A stretch of DNA of 64,000 nucleotides, taken from the NCBI GenBank assembly GCA_944386685.1, contig CALXCA010000004.1:9410-73409 (forward strand). Direction: 5' to 3'. This document shows positions 39,630 through 47,167 of the stretch, in pieces. The DNA comes from an uncultured Clostridia bacterium (GTDB lineage: Bacteria > Bacillota > Clostridia > TANB77 > CAG-508). The notes beneath the pieces are model-generated. The model made no database searches and was not told the DNA's origin. It was given only the letters and a program-made list of their open reading frames with translations. The position numbers were made by a program, and so were the translations under genes. Each line of letters starts with the position of its first letter. The stretch's first letter is position 1.

Positions 39630-40012
39630 CCTTTACTAAAAAAGAATCATCTTTCTCTCACTTTGTTGGTGGGAGTTTTCTTTGTTTTATGTTTTCTTCA
39701 AATTGTAATTGATTAAAAACTTCAAGTGATTTATCCAAATTTTGTCTATATAAAAAAACTTACAAACCTTACAGTCCGTAAGTTGCTTTCAAATGAAGCG
39801 ATTACGGAGCAGGTATGCGAAAAAATTACATACACTTGTTTCAAGCTCTTATATAACTCGATTTATTGTTTATACTTTAACATAAAATTTATATTTTAGC
39901 AATAGTTATAAAGAATAAATATCTATTAATTAGAATATCACAAATTTTGTCTATAGAAATAATATTGGCTTATCATCAATTATCAATCTATCCATATATT
40001 CATTTTCCCATT

Positions 40013-40186
40013 TTAGTGTTTTTCATTCCAAAAGAAGCCAGATGGAACATTTGCATTAAATTCACTATCATATTTTCTAATTAAATTAGAATCAATAAAC
40101 AATGGAATATTTCTTTCAGTATCAATATCTACAAAATCAAGTTCAAATTGAGATTTTGTTAAATTTAATTTCTCACTAATTTTCAT
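40013..40186 (-). pseudogene. 57-codon ORF that looks like the N-terminal stub of a larger gene
   Basis: Strong RBS (gggggag) before ATG 40186. MKISEKLNLTKSQFELDFVDIDTERNIPLFIDSNLIRKYDSEF... ends abruptly. It is below the ORF-track cutoff. Confidence 0.35.
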
Positions 40187-40326
40187 TTTTCTCCCCCAAA
40201 AAAATTCTTATTTTTACAATATTATAGAATATTTTTAAAAATTTTCAAATAGTATTGATTACAAAACTTATGTTTGGTATAATAATAAAAATTAATTGTT
40301 ATATTATTTCAAAAGGAGGTCAAGAT

Positions 40327-40793
40327 ATGCCAGAATTAAGCGTTTTAAATCAAAAAATAAACTATATACAAATTGATGATGAAGATTATATATCAATTAC
40401 TGATATGTTAAAATCAAAAGATGGAAATTTCTTTGTTTCAGACTGGCTAAGGAATAGAAATACTATTGAGTTTTTAGGTATTTGGGAAGAAATTCATAAT
40501 CCTAATTTTAATTATGGCGAATTCGCCATAATTAAAAGTCAAGCAGGTTTAAATAGTTATAAAATTAGTGTTAAAGAATGGACAGAAAAAACAAATGCGA
40601 TTGGAATAATATCAAAAGCAGGAAGATATGGAGGAACTTATGCTCATAAAGATATTGCTTTTGAATTTGGAATGTGGATTAGTCCAAAATTCAAACTATT
40701 ATTGATAAAAGAAAAAGACTTGAAAAATTAAATAAAATAGCTATATCACAAATGCAAATTTTAAATGATACTGATATTAAATATTTAAAGTAA
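40327..40793 (+). pseudogene. KilA-N domain protein interrupted by a frameshift in an A5 run
   Basis: aggagg RBS. YISITDMLKSKDG...WLRNRNTIEFLGIWEEIHNPNF...GGTYAHKDIAFEFGMWISPKFKL is KilA-N-like. The frame stops at 40731. Adding one A to the run at 40723-40727 continues the frame as KKLNKIAISQMQILNDTDIKYLK, ending at 40793. Confidence 0.65.
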
Positions 40794-40885
40794 TAAATAT
40801 GAGAATACTTTTTCTATATTAAAATTATTTATAATTGAAAAAACAAGTGGATTGCATTCTATATTTGCAACCCACTCATTTTTAA

Positions 40886-41206
40886 TTACTTGAACAATTC
40901 CGTATGCTCAATCAATCGATAATCATTTCCGTCAGGTAACTGAAACTTGAATCTCTTATCAAGAGTTATATCATATCTTTCGATTTGATATTTGTCCCTG
41001 CCATTTCCTGAACTAGCATACTTATAGACGTACAGTGTAAAATCTTTGATTTTAGAAGCTTCCTCTTTGGTAAGAAAACTAATTGTTTGAGTTTCGGGTT
41101 CTTAAGCACCATATTCCCAAACATCTCTAAAACAATGATATTCACTTTTTTTGTTTTCTTAGAACTCACTTGTTCCAATACTTTTAAATGGTTCGACGAA
41201 AACGCA
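40886..41206 (-). pseudogene. Decayed reading frame with two in-frame TAA codons and no start
   Basis: The minus-strand frame reads CVFVEPFKSIGTSEF*ENKKSEYHCFRDVWEYGA*EPETQTISFLTKEEASKIKDFTLYVYKYASSGNGRDKYQIERYDITLDKRFKFQLPDGNDYRLIEHTELFK*. A terminator hairpin lies downstream at about 40844-40880. Confidence 0.35.
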
Positions 41207-41358
41207 TTATGGAGCGAATCACATACAAGTTACGAACTCTCTTGTTCTCTTTCTAATGATATTATATATAAATTACTATTGAAATTCAATTGAAATATAG
41301 AAAATTTTTGATATTTGTTATATAATAATTACATATTTATACTTTATGGAGTGATTAT

Positions 41359-42363
41359 ATGTTAAAAGAAATAAAAATAGAGTTAACTAATAAATGTGCT
41401 AGGAATTGTAAACATTGTTCTAGTAATGCTACTAATAATATTGACAATCTAAAAGAATTAGATTTTGATAGTGTATATAAAATTATTACAGAAGCAAAAG
41501 TAATGGGTGTTGAAGATATAGTTTTTACAGGTGGGGAACCTTTAATGTATGATAGCCTTTCTGAACTTGTTGAGTTAACTTCAAAATTAGAAATGAAATC
41601 AACTATTTATACCTTTGCATATAGAACTGATGAAACTTTAAATAAATATAAACATTTAATTAATTTAGGATTAAATAAAATTGTTTATTCTCTCGCAGAT
41701 TCTTTATCAGATGAAAAAGATATTTCTATATATAACAATCAAGAATTTTTTGATAAAGTTTTTGAAGAAAATGATGCTAAATTAGGATTTCATTATACCG
41801 TTTCTAAAGATTCATATTCTAAATTTAAGGATGTTATAATTAGTGCAATAAATACATTTAAAAGCAGAAAATATTTTGATAAGGTAAGTTTATTAAGATT
41901 TGTCCCTCATGGAAAAGGAACAACTTATATGGATTTATCAAAAGAACAATTATTAGATATTAAAGATTTTTATTTAAATTTTGCTGACAAAAATAGAATT
42001 AGACTTGGTAGTCCTTGGAATATATTAGGTATTGAAAATAGTCCTTGTATTATTGCTGATAAAATAATGATAATTGGCTTTGATGGAATTGCTTATCCTT
42101 GTGATTCAATAAAATATTTTACTGAATTAGGTATTAGTGGAAATATAAACGATAACTCTTTAATGGATATGTATAATTCTGAATACTTTAGTAATATTAG
42201 AAATTTTAATATTAATAATTCTTGTTCTTCTTGTGAACAATATTCAATTTGTAAAAGTGGCTGTATAGGGCAAAAAATAATAGCAAATTATACTGATAAC
42301 AAAGATAAAGTACTAACATTAAAAAGTTGTATTAATTCACGAGATCCAAAATGTATGAGGTAA
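41359..42363 (+). CDS. Radical SAM enzyme with a C-terminal SPASM-type auxiliary cluster domain
   Basis: CARNCKHC (CxxxCxxC) at residues 13-20. GGEPLMY. C-terminal C-x17-C (CIIADKIMIIGFDGIAYPC) and CSSCEQYSICKSGC, which is Cx2Cx5Cx3C. Confidence 0.85.
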   Translation: MLKEIKIELTNKCARNCKHCSSNATNNIDNLKELDFDSVYKIITEAKVMGVEDIVFTGGEPLMYDSLSELVELTSKLEMKSTIYTFAYRTDETLNKYKHLINLGLNKIVYSLADSLSDEKDISIYNNQEFFDKVFEENDAKLGFHYTVSKDSYSKFKDVIISAINTFKSRKYFDKVSLLRFVPHGKGTTYMDLSKEQLLDIKDFYLNFADKNRIRLGSPWNILGIENSPCIIADKIMIIGFDGIAYPCDSIKYFTELGISGNINDNSLMDMYNSEYFSNIRNFNINNSCSSCEQYSICKSGCIGQKIIANYTDNKDKVLTLKSCINSRDPKCMR

Positions 42364-42367
42364 GAAT

Positions 42368-43315
42368 ATGAAAAAAAGACAAGAAGTATATGATTTATAT
42401 TGGTATTTTGCTTGCGAAAGACAAAGTATTTTTTGGAAAAAAGTAAACGGAGAATCTGCTCCATGGACTAATGATAGAATTTTACAAGAATATAAATTTT
42501 GTAATAGTTATCGAGTTAATGATAGAGTTAGTCAATATTTGCTAAAAAATGTTATATATAACGGAAAAAAATATTCTAATGAAGATATATTATTTAGAAT
42601 ATTATTATTTAAATTGTTTAATAAAGAATCCACTTGGGAATTGTTAAAATATAATTTTGAAGAAATAACGCTAAAGTCATTTAAAATTAAAGAATATTCT
42701 AAAGTATTAGAAAATGCCATATCAAGAGGTACGAAGATTTACAATGATGCATATATAAGCTGTGCTAATAAGGCATTCGGTTATGATAGAAAACATGACA
42801 ATCATCTAGCACTACTAAATAAGATGTTTGGCGAAGATAAAATACAAGATAAAATTGTTAATTGTAAAACTATGGAAGAAGCTTTTTATATTATTAAAAG
42901 TTATCCTCTAATTGGTAACTTTATGGCTTATCAATTAGTTACTGATATTAATTATAGTGAAGTTGTGAATTGGAAAGAAGATGAATTTACAGTTTCTGGA
43001 CCTGGTTCACTTCGTGGAATTAAAAAATGTTTTATAGACAAAGGTAAAATGAGTAATGAAGATATAATTAGATATATGTATGAACATCAAGATGAAGAAT
43101 TTAAAAGACTAAATTTGAATTTTAAAAGAATTGGAAATAGACCTTTACAATTAATAGATTGTCAAAATATATTTTGTGAATTAGATAAGTATTGTAGACA
43201 AGCTATTCCTGATTTAAGGTCTAATAGAACTAAAATAAAAAAACATTATATACCTAAGAAAGATAAAATTGAATATATTTATCCACCAAAATGGGCAATT
43301 AATCTAAAAAATTAA
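42368..43315 (+). CDS. Protein resembling the aGPT-Pplase / 5-hmdU DNA kinase helical-domain family (putative DNA base hypermodification protein)
   Basis: The N-terminal pattern YWYFACERQSIFWKKVNGESAPWTNDRILQEYKFCNSYRVNDRVSQYL matches my memory of that family (YW.F..ER..IF...G...PWT.D.IL..YKFCN..R..DR.SQYL). The start lies 4 nt after the radical SAM stop. The family call is unverified. Confidence 0.5.
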   Translation: MKKRQEVYDLYWYFACERQSIFWKKVNGESAPWTNDRILQEYKFCNSYRVNDRVSQYLLKNVIYNGKKYSNEDILFRILLFKLFNKESTWELLKYNFEEITLKSFKIKEYSKVLENAISRGTKIYNDAYISCANKAFGYDRKHDNHLALLNKMFGEDKIQDKIVNCKTMEEAFYIIKSYPLIGNFMAYQLVTDINYSEVVNWKEDEFTVSGPGSLRGIKKCFIDKGKMSNEDIIRYMYEHQDEEFKRLNLNFKRIGNRPLQLIDCQNIFCELDKYCRQAIPDLRSNRTKIKKHYIPKKDKIEYIYPPKWAINLKN

Positions 43316-43338
43316 AATTGTATTAGAAATATCTAAAA

Positions 43339-43374
43339 GACAGCACTACTAAATTTGTTAGTGTTGACTTTTTT
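43339..43374. terminator. Shared terminator between the two-gene operon and the convergent ORF6N gene
   Basis: gacagcacta / tagtgttgac stem (one mismatch, one G-U pair) followed by tttttt. Confidence 0.65.
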
Positions 43375-43376
43375 AA

Positions 43377-44285
43377 TTACAAATTAATTATTTTTTCTAT
43401 AATTTCTTTATCTTCTATTTTATTAATTCCAAAACATTTTTTGCCTAAATCTTTGATTGAAGCTCCTAAATGATACATTTCTTTATTATCTATAATAATA
43501 AATCTATCATGAAATTTATTGGTTTTAGCAACTTTTAAGATAGGATATTCTTTATTGAATTTTTTGATGTCTAAAGTGTCAATATTACTTTTATCAGATG
43601 TTAGAATAACAACTTCTACATGGTTATTCTTCTTAGCTAACATTTTTAAAACACTATCATCAATATAATTATCTATAATTAAAATTTTATTATTTGCTTT
43701 TCTTATAATGTCTACAATTAAGCTATATGCCTCATATATCTGACCATCAAAAAATATTCTCTGTTTTATATTTTCTTCCAATTGCAATTGATTAAATACT
43801 TCATCAAATTTTTTATCATGTTCTAATAATTTGTATTCTATACTTGTTAATCTCTCAAAAACGTGTCCATTTAAGGATATAAATTTTCGCATTTCTATAA
43901 AAGATTTTATTATATTAATGCTAACTCTTACTGCTATATCATTTTTTAAAACACCTGCTAACATAGCAATTCCTTGTTCTGTAAAAACATATGGTAAATA
44001 TCTTCTTCCTCCTCTAAGCTCATCATCTATCTTTAGATTTTGTTTTGAGGTTCCAATTTGGAACCTCAAAGTTTCAAATTCATTTTCTGTTAATTGAAAA
44101 CAAAACTCTTCTGGAAATCTATCAATATTTCTTTTTACAGCTTTATTTACATTTTTTGTTTCATAATGATATAGCCTAGCTACATCACTGTCTAGCATAA
44201 CTTGTTTTCCTTTTATAGTATATATTAAATTTTTTATATCTTCATTAGTTAATTCATTTTGAATTGCTAATTTATTTTCTTCCAT
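43377..44285 (-). CDS. ORF6N (KilA-N-related) DNA-binding domain protein with a C-terminal degenerate PLD/HKD-like module
   Basis: LIYTIKGKQVMLDSDVARLYHYETKNVNKAVKRNIDRFPEEFCFQLT...GGRRYLPYVFTEQGIAMLAGVLK is a classic ORF6N sequence. The C-terminus has FHDRFIIID...GASIKDLG. I chose the start at MEENK (44285) after aagga. Confidence 0.7.
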   Translation of the reverse strand: MEENKLAIQNELTNEDIKNLIYTIKGKQVMLDSDVARLYHYETKNVNKAVKRNIDRFPEEFCFQLTENEFETLRFQIGTSKQNLKIDDELRGGRRYLPYVFTEQGIAMLAGVLKNDIAVRVSINIIKSFIEMRKFISLNGHVFERLTSIEYKLLEHDKKFDEVFNQLQLEENIKQRIFFDGQIYEAYSLIVDIIRKANNKILIIDNYIDDSVLKMLAKKNNHVEVVILTSDKSNIDTLDIKKFNKEYPILKVAKTNKFHDRFIIIDNKEMYHLGASIKDLGKKCFGINKIEDKEIIEKIINL

Positions 44286-44652
44286 AAATTCACATCCTTT
44301 TCTTACTTTATACATTCTAAAACATTCGTTCTTTAATGTCAAGACTTTTGCAATTTTTAATTTTAAAATTTATAATTTCTATTCCTTGAAAGAAATTTCT
44401 TAAATTAATGTATTTAAAATTTGACAATACAATTGTTCCTTACTTGCTTACTAAGTTGAATAGCATAATATGAAGGCTAAGTTTTCAATTTTATAAGAAT
44501 TTGTTTAACTTCTTTGAGATTATACTTCTGCTGATATTCCTTAATATAGAATGGTTTACTAGATATTTCATTCACTTTTCCAGAAAGAGAACATATTGGT
44601 TTTATACGAAAAAACAACCTACAAACTTTATAATTCGTAAGCTGTTATAATT

Positions 44653-44728
44653 TGGAGCCACTAAGCAGAATCGAACTGCTGACCTACGGGTTACGAATCC
44701 GTTGCTCTACCAACTGAGCTATAGTGGC
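44653..44728 (-). tRNA. tRNA-Thr (anticodon CGT)
   Basis: Acceptor gccacta/tagtggc, anticodon loop ttCGTaa, T-loop ttcgatt, encoded CCA. A terminator hairpin plus T-run follows immediately downstream at 44609-44646. Confidence 0.9.
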
Positions 44729-44795
44729 AATCAAAAAAATTATAACATATATAAAATTGAAAAACAAGAGAATTAACATTATTTGCTTAAAATCA

Positions 44796-44858
44796 GTTAC
44801 AGTTAAGTGAAAAATTTATTTATTATTAATATATCAAAATTTCTCACAAAACTGTAAC
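44796..44858. repeat. Palindromic intergenic repeat, family copy 3 (short form)
   Basis: The reverse complement of the right arm, gttacagttttgtgagaaattttgatatattaata, shares a 24-nt identical core with copy 2. Confidence 0.8.
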
Positions 44859-44864
44859 AAATAA

Positions 44865-45716
44865 TTAGTATTTTAATTCTATAATTTTATTATTTAAGTA
44901 ACTTAAAATTCCACTATTTGAAGAAAAACAAAATTGTAATTTATAACTACACAATTGTTGATATTTATATCCTAACTTCTTATTAACAGAATTTATTCCA
45001 TATTTACCATCACCAACAATAGGGTATCCAATATGAGCCAAATGAGCTCTAATTTGATGAGTTTTTCCTGTTTCTATTTCAACATCTAATAAAGAAGTAT
45101 TATTTGGGAATTCTTCTAAAACTTTGTAAGATGTAATAATTTTTTGATAGCCTTTTTTAAAAGTATCAGATATATATACTATAGAGTTTTTAGTATCTTT
45201 AAATAAAAAAGCTTCTAAACGAGCATTTTTTACTTTAGGAATTCCATAAACAAGAGCCCTATAAAACTTTTTTATTTCATGATTTTTAAATTTATTAAAT
45301 AATATATCTAAAGCTTCTTTATTTTTTGCAAATAAGACTAATCCAGTAGTATTTCTATCTAATCTATGACAAGGCATTATATTATTAGAAGAAAACTTTT
45401 TATTAATTAAATTAGTTAAACTATTTTCTCCAACAACTTCAATATTATTTGGCTTATTTACAATTAATATATTATCATCTTCATAAATTATTTCTAAGTT
45501 AATACTAGGAAATAATAGATTATCTGCAATATATACAGATAACTTATCATCAACATATATTGTACAATCTGTATTAATGCGTTTGCCATTTATTCTAATA
45601 TCTTTTTGTCTTAATGCTTTATAAAAAGTATTTTTAGCTAAATTTGGAAAAGAATAAAAAACAAAAGAGCTTAATTTTTTTCCATTGAAATTATTAGTAA
45701 CTATTAAACTTTTCAA
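44865..45716 (-). CDS. RluA-family pseudouridine synthase with an S4-like N-terminus
   Basis: Catalytic motif HRLDRNTTGLVLFAK, and KTHQIRAHLAHIGYPIVGD. Confidence 0.8.
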   Translation of the reverse strand: MKSLIVTNNFNGKKLSSFVFYSFPNLAKNTFYKALRQKDIRINGKRINTDCTIYVDDKLSVYIADNLLFPSINLEIIYEDDNILIVNKPNNIEVVGENSLTNLINKKFSSNNIMPCHRLDRNTTGLVLFAKNKEALDILFNKFKNHEIKKFYRALVYGIPKVKNARLEAFLFKDTKNSIVYISDTFKKGYQKIITSYKVLEEFPNNTSLLDVEIETGKTHQIRAHLAHIGYPIVGDGKYGINSVNKKLGYKYQQLCSYKLQFCFSSNSGILSYLNNKIIELKY

Positions 45717-46025
45717 AATATAATTTCATTCCTTTCAATCAAGTTTTTATATATAAATAAAACAAAATAAAGAATTTTTCACTTAATTAAGATGTACTAC
45801 ATTTTAACATAAAAATATACATAAATCAACTTTGTCAAATAAGAAAAATAAAGAAAAAATGAATAAAAATGAGAAAAAAAGAGTAAAATATAAACAAAAA
45901 ACCAAAAAATTAAATAAAAAATAGATTGAAAAACGGCTAAATAACTGAGAGATGAATTATTAACTTGAAAAAAGCATAAAATTATGTTATAATATTCCTC
46001 GGTCGCTAAATTTTAGTCTAGATAA

Positions 46026-47027
46026 ATGGACGAAAAGGAGTGGATATATATTTTAAAAAAGAAGCTAAAGTACTATACAAAAGAAAGCTGTAGATTTTTT
46101 ACAATTATGGCGTTTGGATTAGGCTTAATAATAGCGATTATTTTATTAAAATATAAGCCAGCATATGTAGTTAGTTTGTCAGGAGAACAAATAGGCTATG
46201 TAAATAGTGCAACAGAATTAAAAAACAAAATTCAAGAAGAAATTATTAATATGGAAGGAAAAAATATAGACTTTGTTACACTAGAAAATATGCCAAATTA
46301 TGAAATAAAATTAGTAGACAGAAACCAAGAAACGAACGAAGATGAAATATTACTTGCATTAAAAGATGATGCAAAAATAATGTATAAATATTATGCAGTT
46401 GTTTTAAATAATGAAACTGTAAGCTATGTTGACAATATGGAAGAAGCGGAAAATGCAGTAAACCAAATAAAAGAAGAACATAAAAATGATTCTATAAAAT
46501 TAGATTTACTTATAACAACAAACTATACAGAAAACATTAACGAAATTGGAATACAACCTGTTACAGTAGCTAAAGAAGAAGTCGAAGAAAAAGTTGATTT
46601 TCTAATAGAAGAAGATTTAAAAACAAAAAGACCATCAATTAATGGAGTTCTTTTAGCTGTAACACCAGTAACTGGACGTATTAGTTCCAGATTTGGTTCA
46701 ATAAGTAGTATTCGTTCTGGAGCACATACAGGAACAGATATTGCCTGTGCATTTGGAACACCAATAAAAGCAGTTGCAAATGGAACAGTTACTTTTTCTG
46801 CAAAAAACGGCTCTTATGGTAATCTTATAAAAATAGACCACGGAAATGGTGTAGAAACATGGTATGCCCATTGTAATAAATTGTATAAAACTGTAGGAGA
46901 AAAAGTAGAGGCAGGAGAAGAAATTGCAGAAGTTGGATTAACAGGAAATACAACTGGTGCACACTTACATTTAGAAATTAGAGTAAATGGAAAAGCAATA
47001 AATCCACAAAAATATTTATATAAATAA
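46026..47027 (+). CDS. Membrane-anchored M23 (LytM-type) peptidase
   Basis: HTGTDIA, GNLIKIDHGNG and GAHLHLEIRVNG zinc-site motifs. One TM segment. Confidence 0.8.
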   Translation: MDEKEWIYILKKKLKYYTKESCRFFTIMAFGLGLIIAIILLKYKPAYVVSLSGEQIGYVNSATELKNKIQEEIINMEGKNIDFVTLENMPNYEIKLVDRNQETNEDEILLALKDDAKIMYKYYAVVLNNETVSYVDNMEEAENAVNQIKEEHKNDSIKLDLLITTNYTENINEIGIQPVTVAKEEVEEKVDFLIEEDLKTKRPSINGVLLAVTPVTGRISSRFGSISSIRSGAHTGTDIACAFGTPIKAVANGTVTFSAKNGSYGNLIKIDHGNGVETWYAHCNKLYKTVGEKVEAGEEIAEVGLTGNTTGAHLHLEIRVNGKAINPQKYLYK

Positions 47028-47147
47028 AAAGTATTAATAAAATTTAAGTTTTCACATTAAACTTATGCTTTAATAACTATGTATATTTTTTAATACAGAG
47101 GAAAGCATAATATTTAATGTGAAAATTTTAAAATTATTAATACTTTT
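47027..47147. repeat. 121-bp nested palindrome between the convergent M23 and glmS genes
   Basis: The 35-nt arms 47027-47061 and 47113-47147 are complementary apart from a few mismatches. Inner arms are atgcttt / aaagcat. Confidence 0.75.
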
Positions 47148-47167
47148 TATTTTTCCATTTAGCTTTT

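Noticed and set aside
39736-39954. A 15-nt direct repeat, caaattttgtctata, at 39736-39750 and 39940-39954. It flanks the segment holding the second terminator-like copy.
   Set aside because: An exact 15-mer match in very AT-rich DNA could occur by chance, and I cannot quantify this without a composition-aware calculation. I noted it only as possible support for a junction or deletion scar.
40966-41178. The 70-aa minus-strand ORF from the track.
   Set aside because: Its translation is K-rich and low complexity. The overlapping frame with stops gives a much more protein-like sequence, so this ORF is probably a by-product of the pseudogene.
40886-41206. In-frame TAA codons, considered as a sign of stop-codon reassignment.
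   Set aside because: TAA is the ordinary stop of most well-supported genes in this window. The frame also lacks a start codon, so nonsense decay of a gene remnant is the simpler reading.
41087-41293. A 68-aa plus-strand ORF just upstream of the radical SAM/SPASM gene, considered as a RiPP precursor peptide.
   Set aside because: It has a TTG start and no RBS. It is antisense to the decayed gene at 40886-41206 and its composition is hydrophobic and phenylalanine-rich. It remains worth a formal check, because SPASM enzymes usually act on peptides.
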